From contig JAXLNO010002689.1 in the NCBI GenBank assembly GCA_038087875.1, positions 1 through 64,000 on the forward strand: DNA of 64,000 nt, in the 5' to 3' direction. Both the position numbers and the translations under genes were made by a program. Position 1 is the first letter of the stretch. Each line of letters starts with the position of its first letter. The notes beneath the pieces were generated by a model. The model saw nothing but the letters and a program-made list of their open reading frames with translations. It was not told the origin of the DNA and ran no database searches. Source of the stretch: Malacoraja senta. Its lineage: Eukaryota. Below, in pieces: positions 47,495-61,383 of this stretch.

Positions 47495-48259
47495 TACCCT
47501 TCAAGACATTCCATAATGTGTCTTCTTTCACCAACCCACCGCTCACCTGTCCTTCATTCTAGTTTTTTGGATCACAGTTAAAGTGCTCTCTGCTGAAGCT
47601 CCCATATAAATGCAAATTGCTGGCTGCTGAAGCATTGAAGACGAATAAAATGTGATCCCACTTTGTCTTTCAAAGTCTGAGGGGAGTCTGTCTGATATTC
47701 AAGAAACGAGGAATTTTTAGTACGGCACTTTTTTAATAGAAGTGATAATAAATGCAGGGTGATTGTTGAGGCGGGGATTGCATGAATATTCAAAACAAAG
47801 CGTACACATGAATATTAAAAGCACAGCCTCTGCAGTGTGTTGGTAGGCTAAGCAAGCTATTTTTAAATCTGGGTGTCAATTGTATGTTATTCCCGCAGTG
47901 AATTGTGCTGCTACCATGAATTTGGATGAAGCAACCCATTGATCTGGATGAGAGTTGTAGCCCATCAATAACTAAAACTGTGACTGAAACATGACGTGAC
48001 ATCTCCTTGGAGAATAATGACTAAATAATTGTGCACATCGCACGCAGTTCTGTTTTCAAGAGAGAGTTAGATTTAGCTCTTAGGGCTAATGGAATCAAGG
48101 GATATGGGGAGAAAGCAGGAACGGGGTACTGATTTTGGATGATCAGCCATGATCATATTGAATGATGATGCTGGCTCAGAGGGCCGAATGGCCTACTCCT
48201 GCACCTATTTTCTATGCTTCTACTTGCTATATATTGGCTAATCCTAACAGGTTTATAGA

Positions 48260-49370
48260 ACAGTAACATAGAACAGTATGGCACAGGAACAGGCCCTTCA
48301 TCCCACTATGTTTGTGCCAAACATGATGTCCAGCTGAACTGATCTCATCTGCCTGCATGTGATCCATAACTCTCCATTCACTGTAGATCCATGTACCTAA
48401 CTTAAAGCTTCTTAAATACCACTGTGGTATCTCCCTCCACCACCACCCCTGGCAATGTGATCAGGCCCCCACCACCCACTATGGTATCTCCCTCCACCAC
48501 CACCCCTGGCAATGTGCTCAGGCCCCCACCACCCTCTGTGTAAATACATCTGCCCTGCACATCTCCATTATATTTCCCCCCTCTAATGTTGGACATTTCC
48601 AACCTGGGAAAGTTCAGATTGTTTATCCTATCTATGCCTCTCATAAATGTATATACTTCTATTAAGTCTGCCTTCAAACTTCGACGTTCCAGAGAAAACA
48701 ATCCAATTCTCTCCAACCTCTCCCTGTAGCTGAAACCCTCTAATCCTGGCAGCATTTTGGTAAACCTCCTCTGCACCCACTCCAAAGCTTCCACATCTTT
48801 CCTGTAATGGGGTGACCAGAACTGTACGCAATACTCCAAATGCAGCCTAACCAAAGTCCTATAGAGTTGCATCAAGACTTCCTGACTCTTATAGTTAATG
48901 CCCCGAGCAATGAAGGCAAGCATGCCATCCGCCTTCTTTTTCATCCTATCTACTTGTGCTGACACCTTTAGTGAGCTGTGAACTTGGTCTCCTAAATCCT
49001 TCAGCACATCAATGCTGTTCAGGATCTTGCCATCAACTGTATACTCTCTCCTTGCATTCAACATCCTAAAGTGCAACACCCTCGCACTTTCTCAATTTCA
49101 ACTCCGTCTGAATGAATGAATAAGTTTATTAGCCAAGTATTCGCATACAAGGAATTTGCCTTGGTGCTCCGCCCGCAAGTGACAACATGACATACAGTGA
49201 CAGTTAGGAATGACACATAAAACATTAAACATTAATAATAAAACATTATTGATTAAACATGTGGCAACATCTGCCATTCTGCTACCTATTTCTGCAGCTG
49301 ATGTATATCCCGCTGTATCTTCTGTCGGCATTCCTCACAGTCTGTAACACCTACGATTATGATGTCAGCA
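48260..49370 (-). mobile_element. CR1 LINE 3' ~1 kb with an internal 60-bp tandem duplication and an L2-like tail insertion
   Basis: ORF 48402-49079 KDLGDQVHSSLKVSAQV...LYRTLVRLHLEYCVQFWSPHYRKD; duplication at ~48416-48535. Confidence 0.88.
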
Positions 49371-49774
49371 GTTATGTGATGTCTCAATGGAGCCGTTTGA
49401 GATGCTTCAAATTCAACATCTGAATTCGGTGGCTTGTTATGTGAATGCAGCCATTCTAGGCTAACAAAAAAAATCTGATTTTACTGATACTATTTGAGGA
49501 AAAGATATTGGCCAGATCACTGGGAGAGCACCACTGCTATGGAGTCTTTTACATCCACCTTGGAAGACACCATGTAGGTTCAATTGAACATGGCATTCAA
49601 AAGACCACCTCTGCGTGCCCAATATCTTTAGCACTACGCACGAATGCTCATCTAGGTTTTGTTCATGTCTCTGGTCAGAGACCTGAACACACAAACATCT
49701 GACTCAATGATGAGAATACTACTCACCAAATCCAGGTAACAACTCTCGTGCAACTCAGAACACGATGCCGCAAT

Positions 49775-50081
49775 TAGTTTAGTTTAGAGATACAGCGTGG
49801 AAACAGACCCTTCGGCCCACCGAGTCTCCACTGACCAGTGATCTCTGCACATTCACACACACTAGGGACAATTTACATCTATACCAAGCCAATTAACCTA
49901 CAAACCTGCACGTCTTTGGTGTGTGGGAGGAAACCGAAGATCTGCGAGAAAACCCACGTGGTCACGAGGAGAAGGTACAAACTCCATACAGGCAAGACCC
50001 ATAGCCAGGATTGAACCAGGGTCTTTGGAGCTGCAAGCACTGTTAGGCAACAACTCTACCACTGCACCACCGTGCCGCCCA
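49775..50081 (-). mobile_element. HE1-type V-SINE
   Basis: Full-length reverse copy: tail, V domain and tRNA head. Confidence 0.88.
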
Positions 50082-50436
50082 CAACACTTGTGAGACCGTC
50101 AACATTTCCCTGAGTTACCCACAGCATCAGTTTGAAATATGAGGGTTTGAAACACGGCTAAATTTGGTTCCCACACCCTGCCACCTGTGGTACAGTGGCT
50201 GCTGCCACCCGTTTCATAGCTGTTGAACAGTGGCTCATGTTATGAGTCATGCTTTTGTAGTTAAGCCCACTAGCTTATTAGCATCGCGAGCTACTGCACT
50301 CTTCAGTATGAAGTTAACTCTCAAGTAAGAGCTTGTAGTTGTTTATTCTAAATAAGCAGTGTATAACCTGCCAAGGTGTGAGGTCTTTATTATTACAAGG
50401 ACTCAAAACCAACAATAGCTTCAGCAACAAGGTTCA

Positions 50437-52197
50437 AGCGGCTGTGGCAGGGCCTGAATGCAATCACCTCTTACAAGGCGAAATCAGGAGGCAGCTCGAA
50501 TGTCGGCGAAACATCACTCCCTGATGAGCTCAATGCGTTTTACGCACGCTTTGATAGGGAGAACACTGATGTGCCTTCCCGAGCCCCCATTCACTGTGAT
50601 GGTATTTCAGTCTCAGTCACAGAGGCCGACGTCAGGAAATCCTTCAGAGGAGTGAACCCTCGAAAAGCGCCTGGAACTGATGGTATACCTGGTCGTGTTC
50701 TAAAAACCTGTGCGGACCAACTGGCTGGAGTTTTTACGGACATTTTCAACCTCTCACTTCTGAGATCTGAGGTTCCCACCTGCTTCAAAAGGGCATCAAT
50801 TATACCAGTGCCCAAGAAGAGTAAGGTGACGTGCATCAATGACTATCGACCTGTGGCACTAACGCCTGTGGTGATGAAGTGCTTTGAGAGGTTGATCATG
50901 GCGCAGATCAACTCTTACCTCGACAAAAATCTAGACCCACTGCAGTTCGCTTACCGCCACAACAGATCAACGGTGGATGCGATCTCACTGGCCCTCCACT
51001 CCGCTCTGGACCACTTGGACAACAAAAACTCATATGTCAGGCTGTTATTCATCGATTACAGCTCGGCATTTAATACAATCATCCCCTCCAAGCTGGTTAC
51101 CAAACTCGCAGAACTGGGTCTCTGCGCATCTCTCTGCAATTGGATCCTCGACTTCCTCACTCTCAGACCACAGTCTGTTCGTATTGGTGGAAATGTGTCA
51201 GACTCGATAACAATCAGCACGGGAGCACCTCAAGGCTGCGTGCTCAGCCCCCTGCTGTACCCACTCTATACTCATGACTGCGTAGCCGGTCATAGTGCGA
51301 ACTCCATCATCAAGTTCGCTGACGACACCACTGTTGTGGGACGTATCACTGATGGGGTTGAGTCAGAGTATAGAAGAGAGATCGAGCAACTGTCCATATG
51401 GTGCCAGCACAATAACCTGGCCCTCAACACCAGCAAAACCAAGGAACTGATTGTGGACTTTGGAAGGAGTAGGATGGGGACCCACAGTCCCGTTTATATC
51501 AACGGGTCGATGGTTGAAAGGGTCAAGAGCTTCAAATTCCTGGGCTGCACATCTCTGAAGATCTTTCCTGGTCCGAGAACACTGATGCCATTATTAAGAA
51601 AGCACATCAGCACCTCTACTTCCTGAGAAGATTACGGAGAGTCGGTTTGTCAAGGAGGACTCTCTCTAACTTCTACAGGTGCACAGTAGAGAGCATACTG
51701 ACCGGTTGCATCATGGCTTGGTTCCGCAACTTGAGCGCCCTGGAGAGGAAAAGACTACAAAAAGTAGTAAACACTGCCCAGTCCATCATCGGCTCTGACC
51801 TCCCTTCCATCGAGGGGATTTATCGCAGTCGCTGCCTGAAAAAGGCTGGCAGTATCATCAAGGACCCGCACCATCCTGGCCACACACTCATCTCCCTACT
51901 ACCTTCAGGTAGAAGGTACAGGAGCCTGAAGACTGCAACGACCAGGTTCAGGAATAGCTACTTCCCCACAGCCATCAGGCTATTAAACCTGGCTCGGACA
52001 AAACTTTAATAGCCCATTAACTGTTATTTGCACTTTATCAGTATATTTATTCATGTGTGTATATATTTATAGAATGGTATATGGACACACTGGTCTGTTT
52101 TGTAGTCAATGCCTACTATGTTCTGTTGTGCTGAAGCAAAGCAAGAATTTCATTGTCCTATCAGGGACACATGACAATAAACTCACTTGAACTTGAA
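50437..52197 (+). mobile_element. Rex1/Babar-clade LINE, 5'-truncated, RT domain nearly intact
   Basis: ORF 50571-51626: [74 protein letters not shown]. Frameshift near 51545; C-terminus in ORF 51647-52009; tail aataaactcacttgaacttga. Confidence 0.93.
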
Positions 52198-54044
52198 GCC
52201 TGACCTTGTGTGCTGTCTATGTGAAGTTTGCACAGTGTTCCTGTGTTATTTTCCTCCCACGTCCCCAATTGTGCTGGTAAGATGGTTAGCTACTCTTTGT
52301 GACCACTTGGTGTTGGGTAATGGTAAAAAATATATCAAAGTATCAAGATGACCAACCATGTGTGATAGAGAAATATGGAGACGGATGATGGCCTTGGTCC
52401 GCTGGTGGCCAGCATGGATCCAATGGACCAAATGATCTCTTGGATTGTCATGAGTAAGAAACCAAATGTATTCTGGTACCTCACTTCCATCTCCTACCAC
52501 TCCACAGGGGCTTAAAAAACATACTTTAACTCTAGCTCGGCAGATAGTTCCTTATCAGTTCTCTTTTAAATTTGTTATAAACACTGCTGCCACCGAGATA
52601 TTCAGACAGCATATTCTGGTTCATAAGTGGACTTGCAAGGATGTGATCTTGAAAGTAATTGTCAATTTCACACTCAGACAAAAAAAAATGTCACCATTAA
52701 TAATCTGCTTTATGCATTTTCTTTTTACATTTTCACTTATGCCAGCCATGCTATCAACGGTCTTCAAATTACAAATCAATAAAAATAGAAATAATTGACA
52801 ACAAATATATGATTTTTCTTGTCAAGGTTATTAAATGTAAAAAACAATAATGATGTTATTATTGTTTTTTTGTGTTGTTATGTTTTTGTTTTTGAAAAAA
52901 ATTAATTAAAAGATTTTAATAGAATAAAAAGAAAAACAAAAGTTATTAAATGTAATAGGAGAAACTGCAGATGCTGGTTGAAACCAAAGACATACCGCTG
53001 GGTTAGAAACATAGAAAATAGATGCAGGAGGAGGCCATTCAGCCCCTTGAGCCAGCACCGCCATTCAATATGATCATGGCTGATCATCCAAAATCACTAC
53101 CCCGTTCCTGCTTTTTCCCCATATCCCTCGATTCCATGAACCCAAAGAGCTATATCTAACTCTCTCTTGTTAGCTGCCCAAGCGAAAAATCAGGTGCTGT
53201 TCCTCCAATTTACAGAGATGTTGTCTGACCCGCTGAGTAACTCCAGCTTTTTGTGTCTGTCTTCGTCTTTATTAAATATAATACTGAGCAGCCCTGTAAG
53301 TGGGAGGCATCATGTCCGAGCAAGTAGACCTGCTGCTGCTTGCTGCAGTGACCCGAATTCAATCCTGTCTCTGTGGAGTTTGCATGTCCTCCCTGCTCCT
53401 TATACCTTGCCTTATCACTGAAGTCGCTCACCGCCAGCGATCATTCTGGTTAATCTCCTTAACCTCCCGTGGGGTCTCCATGCTTTTTCTGAAATGTAGT
53501 GCGGAGTAATCTGCCTCAGCTAGTGCCGACACAGAAATCTACAGCATTCATTCCTTATTGCAGGCAAAAGAAATCCCAGAATCATTTACAAATTGGTTGG
53601 ACATCATGACGGATGGTGAGTGGAGGAAGAGAAGCAAGGGTTCTTTCCTTTAGTCATTATTCAAAGATAAATGTGTGGTCATAATGAACGCAGGCCTATC
53701 AGCATTTATAGCAGTAATGAAAGTCTTCTCAGCTGTAAATCCTGTAATTTTAATAGCGAATACACTTGTTATAACATTCTCTACAGTTTTAAGTCGCTGA
53801 TGTATGGTAGTGTAATAAGAAGCAAGTACTCATATATTGCCATCAGTAGACACACCATTAGACCAATCTTCAAACAAGCTGCACTTGTTTCTGGATATTA
53901 CAGCATAAGGTGGGGGAATATGGAAATTGAGTGGTAATGTTAAATCTCTGTGAAAGTACTGTTTAATAATGTCTGCAATTTTTGTTTCCACACTTGAGGA
54001 ATGATAGGAAGTTAGGATGCTGTCTGATAGGAAGTTGCTACAAA

Positions 54045-54364
54045 TACCCCTGTCCCACGGTGCGAGTTCATTCCAAGAGCTCTCCCGAGTTAAAAAAAAA
54101 CCAAACTCGTGGTAAGCACGGAGAATGAACGTAGCGGGTACGTTGGAGCTTTGGGACGTCTCTTAACGCTAACGGCAGGTACTCGGGAAGACTCGCTAAC
54201 GGCAGGTAAGCACAGGAAGACTCGTGAAGATTTTTCAACATGATGAAAAATGTCCACGAGAGCCCCGAGTACCAACAAGCGGCCATTACCGTAAATCTCC
54301 AAGTTCGAATCAGGGCAAAATCGGGAGAACTCTTGGAATGAACTCGTACCATGGGACAGGGGTT
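54045..54364. mobile_element. MITE with related TIR (ACCCCTGTCCCAC), PIF/Harbinger-like
   Basis: ~33-bp TIRs acccctgtcccacggtgcgagttcattccaagag / ctcttggaatgaactcgtaccatgggacaggggt; flanks AAA/TAA. Confidence 0.72.
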
Positions 54365-54994
54365 TAACAATGATGTTAACTATTCAGAATGATTTGCAGG
54401 GAGTTCGACAGATCAAGGATGATTTGCTTCTACGCAATGTGGGAGGCGCAGAATCTACTGCGGCTGGGGCAGGAGGTCTAGCGGAGTGGGTGGGGGATTT
54501 GTCAGCTGGTGCTCTCTTTGCCGACTCATGGTCATGAGCTTCTCCACGCCATCCCAAGTGCTTCTTTTCCACTTTGAGTGGTCATGGGCCAGAGTTTCCC
54601 AGGAGTCGGTGGAGATGTCATAGAAAAACATAGAAAATAGGTGCAGGAGGAGGCCATTCGGCCCTTCAAGCCAGCACCGCCATTCATTGTGATCATGGCT
54701 GATCGTCCCATGACTTCAGCGAAGGGATGGGTGGGCGGAAGGTGGTGCCATTGGAGACCAGTGTCAGAAAGTGGGTGGGAAGGATTAGAGGGATGGCAAG
54801 AGCACAGATTTTGAAATCAAAAGGCGGGGAGGGAAGGATGGCTGGTCCAGAGGTGGGTTTAATGGAATGTGAGTTAGCGGTTGGCAGCTGAGCATCTGGT
54901 ACAGTGGGTAGAATAATGATGTGGGGTCTTAGAGAGCAGCAATTGCACAGTCAGGCTGGGGTATTAGGAGCCGCCATTTTCAATGGGGTATCAT

Positions 54995-57320
54995 AGACTC
55001 ATACACATAGAAAAAGGTCCTTCAGCCCAACTTGTCCCTGCTGACCAACATGCATTTGCCTGTGTTTGGCCATATCCCTCTAAACCTTTCCTATCTATGT
55101 ATCTGTCCAAGTGTCTTCAAAATGCTGTCATAGTACCTGCCTCCACTACCTCATCTGGCAGCTTGTATCATATATCATTCATCTGGAGTGTTTGGAGTAT
55201 TGTGAGCAATTTTGGGCCCCATATCTGAAGAAGGATGTGCTGGCGCTGGAGAGGGTCCAGAGGAGGTTTACGGGAATGATCCAGGAATGAGTGGGTTAAC
55301 ATATGATGAGCATATTATGGCACTGGGCCTGTACTCGCTGGAGTTTAGAAGGATGAGGGGGTCCTTATTGAAACTTACCGAATAGTGAAAGGCTTAGATA
55401 AAGTGGACATGGTGAGGATGGTTCCACTAGTTCGAGAGTCTAGGACCAGAGGTCATAGCCTCAAAATAAAAGAATGTTTCTTTAAGAAGAAGATGAGGAG
55501 GAATTGCTTTAAACAGAGGGTGGTGAATCTGTAGAGCTCATTGCCACAGAAGGCAGTGGAGGTCAAGTTAAGGGATATTTTTAAGGCAGAGATAGATAGA
55601 TTCTTGATTAGTACAGGTGCCAGGGGTTATGGGGAGAAGGCAGGAGAATGGGGTTAGAAGGGAGAGATAAATCAGCTATGATTGAATGGCGGAGTAGACT
55701 TGATGGGCCGAATGCCCTACTTCTGCTCCTATCACTTATGAACATGAATTATACCCACCACCCTCTGAGTGAAAACGTTGAAACGTTAAATCTTTCCCTA
55801 CTCACCTTATATGTACCTGTATGTCTTCTGGTTCTTGTGTCCCCTACCTGGACAAGAGACACTCTGCATTCGCCCACTCTATTCCTCTCAAGATTTTATA
55901 CACCTCTATAAAATCACCCCATCAGGCACCTGCACCCCAAGAATAAAAGGCCTAGCCAGCTCCACCTCTCCCTGTAGCTCAGGCACTTGAGTCCTGGCAC
56001 CATCCTCCTGAATTTTCTCTGCATTCCTTCCAGCTTAATGACATCCTTCCTATAGGAGGGTGACCAAAGCTGAACACAGCACTCCCAATGTCTCACCAAT
56101 ATCTTGCACAATTAGACAATAGACAATAGGTGCAGGAGTAGGCCATTCGGCCCTTCGAGCCAGCACCGCCATTCACTGTAATCATGGCTGATCATCCACA
56201 ATCAGTACCCCGTTCCTGCCTTCTCCCCATATCACTTGAGTCCGCTATCTTTAAGAGCTCTATCTAACTCTCTATTGAAAGCATACAGAGAATTGGCCTC
56301 CACTGCCTTCTGAGGCAGAGAATTCCACAGATTCACAACTCTCTGTGGGAAAAACGTTTTCTTCATCTCCGTTCTAAATGGCTTACCCCTTATTCTTAAA
56401 CTGTGGCCCCTGGTTCTGGACTCTCCCAACATCGGGAACATGTTTCTTGCCTCTAGCATGTCCAAACCCTTAATAATCGCATATGTTTCAATAAGATCCT
56501 CTCTCGTCCTTCTAAATTCCAGAGTGTACAAGCCCAGCCGCTCCATTCAATCAACATATGACAGTCCTGCCATCCCGGGATTAACCTTGTGAACCTACGC
56601 TGCACTCCCTCAATAGCAAGAATGTCCTTCCTCAAATTTGGAGACCAAAACTGCACACAATATTCCAGGTGTGGTCTCACTAGGGCCCTGTACAACTGCA
56701 GAAGGACCTCTTTGCTCCTATACCCAACTCCTCTTGTTATGAAGGCCAACATGCCATTCGCTTTCTTCACTGCCTGCTGTACATGCATGCTTACTTTCAC
56801 TGACTGATGAAAAAGGAGCCCAGATCTCGCTGTACTTCCCCTTTTCCCAATTGTAGCATAATTGTCCTAACTTCTATCCTCTATAACCTGACTAATGAAG
56901 GCCAATATACCAAAAACATTCTGTACCACCCTATCTACCCATCATTAATGTTTTATTATTATTAATGTTTAGTGTTTTCTGAGTCATTCGTAACTGTCAC
57001 TGTACGTCATGTTGTTACTTGTGGGCGGAGCACCAAGGCAAATTCCTTGTATGTGAATACTTGGCCAATAAACTTACTTACTTACTTACCTGTGACACCA
57101 CTTTCAGGAAATTACGTACCTGGTCTGCAACATTTTTCATGGACCTCCATTTCACTAAAGGTCTTGTGGAGTGGAGTTGAACTCCATCTGTATCCTCCTC
57201 TCAACTCTCACTGCCACCCAGCCTTGCATCATCAGTAAACATCGACATATGACATTTGATCCCCCCATCTAAATCATTACTACGGATTGTGAGCAGCTGG
57301 CACAGCACTGGTCACAACCT
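54995..57320. mobile_element. Nested CR1 cluster
   Basis: An older minus-strand CR1 (54995-55170, 55750-56110, 56850-56940, 57090-57320) is interrupted by a plus CR1 (~55188-55750), a younger minus CR1 (~56112-56850, ORFs 56232-56546 and 56453-56800) and an L2-like tail (~56945-57090). Confidence 0.8.
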
Positions 57321-57688
57321 CCCACTTGTTTAAGCTAACCCTCTATTTTCTTCCCTTCTTTCCACAGCTCTGTGCAATTTGATCGAAAGGATTTCTTGCA
57401 CTTTGATTTGTACCATTATCTGCCAATAAAATGGAGGATAAACCATTGCCTCTTCCCTTCTGTGACAATTCTGCTGCATCTTTTAGCTCCAGGGTACAGA
57501 CTGAGAGTGAAGAACAGCTTACATTTACCCAAGTCCATAAATAGGGAAACAAAGACACCCCGAGGTGTTGCACAGAAAACAACTAGATCCATTTACCAAA
57601 GGGTGAATTCAGGGTCCGATCGCAGATGGTGCCATTGGGAATAAAGCACGATCTTCTCCCAACAAAGAAGAATGCTAGAGAGGAATAT

Positions 57689-58353
57689 AGGGCCTGTCCC
57701 ACTTACGTGTCCTTGGCACGCAAATTACGCGACCTCGTGGTCGCGTTGAGGCGCACGGGCATCGTATGGCCACGCAGGGCCGGTCCCACTGAGAAATGCG
57801 GAGGGGTATGGAGTTGTGCGCGACATCGCGCGGGGCTCCAAGATTTTTGTAGCGAATGAAATCTTTGCGCGCCAACGGCCTGTCGCGGAACTGACGGCCA
57901 AAGTGGGACAGGCCCAAGACCCTGGCGCGACGCAGCGTCTCACCTGCAACAGCAACAGAAGCAGGCAAACGATCGCCGAACTCGGCCTGGGGCTCACGGC
58001 CGTTGCGGATCCGGATCCACCCCCATTTCTACTCCCAGAGTGGGGCCAAGAAAATTGAAGATAGACACAAAATGCAGGAGTAACTCAGCGGGACCGGCAG
58101 CATCTCTGGAGAGAAGCAATGGGTGACGTTTCGGGTCAAGACCCTTCTTTTCAGACTGAAGAAGAGTCTCGACCCGAAACGTCACCCATTGCTTCTCTCC
58201 AGAGATGCTGCCGGTGCCGCTGAGTTACTCCAGCTTTGTGTCCATCTTCAAATGACGCACGCGCTCCAGACGACTGTGCGGTTGAATGAAGTCGCGCGTG
58301 ACCACGAGGTCGCGTAATTTGCGTGCCAAGGACACGTAAGTGGGACAGGCCGT
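57689..58353. mobile_element. Composite PIF/Harbinger-like MITE containing a Penelope-derived palindrome
   Basis: ~55-bp TIRs (agggcctgtcccacttacgtgtccttggcacgcaaattacgcgacctcgtggtc...). An extra internal right-end motif AAGTGGGACAGGCCC lies at ~57902-57916; palindrome at 58055-58251. Flanks TAT/TAA. Confidence 0.8.
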
Positions 58354-58382
58354 TAAGGCTCAACATTAAACACAGTCACTAT

Positions 58383-58660
58383 TTAGTTTCGTTTTATTTA
58401 GTTTAGTTTAGAAATACAGCTCAGAAACAGGTCTTTTGGCCCACCAAGCCCGCAATGCCCAGCCATCCCCATACACTGCCACTATCCTACATACTAGGGA
58501 TAATTTTACCAAAGCCAATTAACCTACAAACCTGTACATTTCTGGAGTGTGGGAGGAAACGGGAGCACCCAGAGAAAACCCACACGGTCACGGGGAGAAC
58601 GTGCAAACTTCGTACAGACGGCACCCGTAGTCAGGATCGAATCCGGGTCTCTGGCGCTGT
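58383..58660 (-). mobile_element. HE1-type V-SINE
   Basis: Tail, V domain, B box. Confidence 0.82.
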
Positions 58661-59496
58661 ATTCAGTGACTGGTCTCATGCCCAAAGACAATGGAGCAAA
58701 GCAGAAACCTCCACACCAGCAACAGTTCAGGCAGACAGAACATTAGCATTGCATATATTCTACTGCTGCTCATCAGATGAGATGATAGGGTTGCCTTGAC
58801 AACAATTTATGGAGCTTTATTCAGCAGTGGATTACACCATGCAATCCCCCTACTTAAACTCAACTAACAAGGGCTATCCCCCTTTGAAGAGGAAAAGACC
58901 TTGTGACCCTAATAACTAGGTACACTAATATGACTACCCTCCCCCCCTCTCCCACCACCTCACACTCTTCCAGTGAAGTAATGTCTGTGCTGCAACCTTG
59001 GAAACAAATCATTCTAAGCTGTCGGCTATGTCTTCATTTATTTTAACGGTCAGTTCTAAAGGATAAAAGTCCATCTACAAACCCCACCTTTTTAGCTAAA
59101 ATCGGCAGCATAATTCCTCCATTGGGAGTGGCAGGAAATTGAAAAATCTGGACCACAATAATAACGAAAACACAATAAATGAAATTGGATTAACCTTCTG
59201 GCATGCTGCTTGACACAGTTTTGTGATTCACAAATCAACCTTTCATCCTTTCTGTCAGTTCAAACATTTTCCACTCCAAATAGTCCATTGTTGTTTCCCC
59301 CTGTATGGTTCTGAAGTGCCTAAGTGACTGCTTTGCATCTCTAATGTGAGCTGGAATTAAAATTGGTGGCATTAAACTGTCAGAAACTGTCATCTGTTTG
59401 CCATTGGGAACCAGCTAGCTGTCTGTGGTAGTGTTAATCTAGCTGAATGTTTTCACAGATTCTCATCCAGTCTTTCTCACTCTCCGGAAATGCAGG

Positions 59497-59800
59497 TTTA
59501 CTTTAGTTTACAGATACAGCGCGGAAACAGGCCCTTCAGACCACCGGGTCCGCGCCGACCAGCGGTCCCTGAACACCAGCCCTAACCTATACATTAGGGA
59601 CGATTTACAATTGTTACCATAGCCAATTAACCTACAAACCTGTTCGTCTTTGGAATGTGGGAGGAATCTGGAGCACCCGGGGAAAACCCACGCAGGTCGC
59701 AGAGAGAACTTACAAACTCTGTACAGACAGCACCCGTAGTCAGGGTCGAACCCGCGGTCTCTGGCGCTGTGAGGCAGCAACTACCGTCACGCCACCATGC
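59497..59800 (-). mobile_element. HE1-type V-SINE
   Basis: Tail, V domain, tRNA head. Confidence 0.85.
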
Positions 59801-59889
59801 TCCTGGGGTCTGGAGGTTTATTTGTAGCTTTAAAGGACCATCACACAGTGCTTCCACAATCACCCTCATCGGCAATCTGCCTGGGGACA

Positions 59890-60191
59890 AACAACCCACC
59901 CCCTCCATGACACACTGGTCAACCTGGGGAGTACCTTCAGCAACAGACTGGTTCCACCAAGATGCAGGACAGAACGCCACAGGAGGTCCTTCTTCCCTGT
60001 GGCTATCAAACTGTATAACTCCTCCTCCTTCTGCCGTGGGGTAGATGGACTGTCCTCCCCCCCCCACCCCAATCTTTGCACATCCCCAATCCTTTCCACT
60101 CATCACCTTAATTTCATGTTTCATGTATCTTGTGTTTTATGACTGTTGGCAGATCAATTTCCCTCCTGGGATAAATAAAGTTCTATCGTAT
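59890..60191 (+). mobile_element. Non-LTR (Rex1-like) 3' end; sibling at ~43215-43550
   Basis: STFSNRLVPPRC..RHRRSFFPVAIKLYN-like C-terminus and tail aataaagttctatcgtat. Confidence 0.65.
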
Positions 60192-61383
60192 GGTAAAGGT
60201 ACAGCATTAACCAATAGCCGTTATGATTGGGGGTGGGGGGGGGGGGGGGGTTCCAGCTGACTTTTTCTACTTACTTTCACACAGGGCCTGATTGAAAATA
60301 TATAATTCTGTGATTTAAAAATGTGTGTCATAATGCCAGTAGATCTTTGGGATACATATCTTTGCTATATTAAGCTCTTTTTTTTTTGCTGCTATGCTTT
60401 GCATGCTTCTCTCACTCAGAAGAATATATTGGAAAAAAAACAGGATTCATGACATGAAATTTTATGCAACAAAACGTCAATCGGGAATGCATTTAAATGT
60501 AAATTCCTACAGGAATTTTCTGAACGATGCATTAGTCTGCAAATGCTGGAATATGGACCAGCAAAACAAACTGCTGGAGGATACAGGGAACTGCAGATGC
60601 AGTTTACCAAAAAAGACACAAAGTGCTGGAGTAACCAAATTCAGCGGGTCAGGCAGCATCTGTGGAGGGAAATCGGTGGTCTTTTTAAGTGGAGACCCTG
60701 AGGATGCCGAGGGTGGAGGGAAAGAGGGCTGTCAGCATGTATTTAGTCAACTGCATTTTTTTGACTTGGGTCCAAAAGCAGAGACACTACTAGTGTAAAG
60801 TCATGTGTAAAGTAGTGTAACAGTGCAGGGAAAAAAATTACATTGTTCAGTGTTGTGTCACACTAACTTTATATTGTAGCTTTTGCAAACCAGTCGGTTG
60901 AAAGTTAGTCAACATAAAACCAACCCTTAGAATATATGTTAATAGAGTCAGAGAGAGATACAGAGGGGAAATAGTCCCTTTAGCCCATCGAGACCTCGCC
61001 AACCATCAATTACCCATTTATACTAATCCTACATTAATCCCATTTTATTCTCGGCATTTTCTCATCAACTCTCCCTATCTCCACACTAGGTCAGTTTGTG
61101 GTCGCCAATTAATGAACCAGCCCGCACATATGTGCAATGTCGGAGGACACCGGAGTGCTTGTGGGAAACACATATGGATACAGGCATAACTCCACACAGG
61201 CAGGACCCAAGCTCAGGACTGAACCCAAGTCTCTGATGCCACGAGGCTGCAGTTTTCCCAGCGGTTCTCTTGTATTGCCCAGAGTGTCAACTTAATAGGA
61301 TCCAAAATTAATGTACCTTATTAATGAATCCCTGACATCATGTTATCTCTTTCACTCTCTTGATATTCCTCAAATACAAATTC

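Noticed and set aside
60376-60798. Polypyrimidine tract + CAG and a 134-aa ORF as a possible next PPP2R2B exon
   Set aside because: No B55 similarity seen; the ORF's second half is Penelope terminal-repeat sequence.
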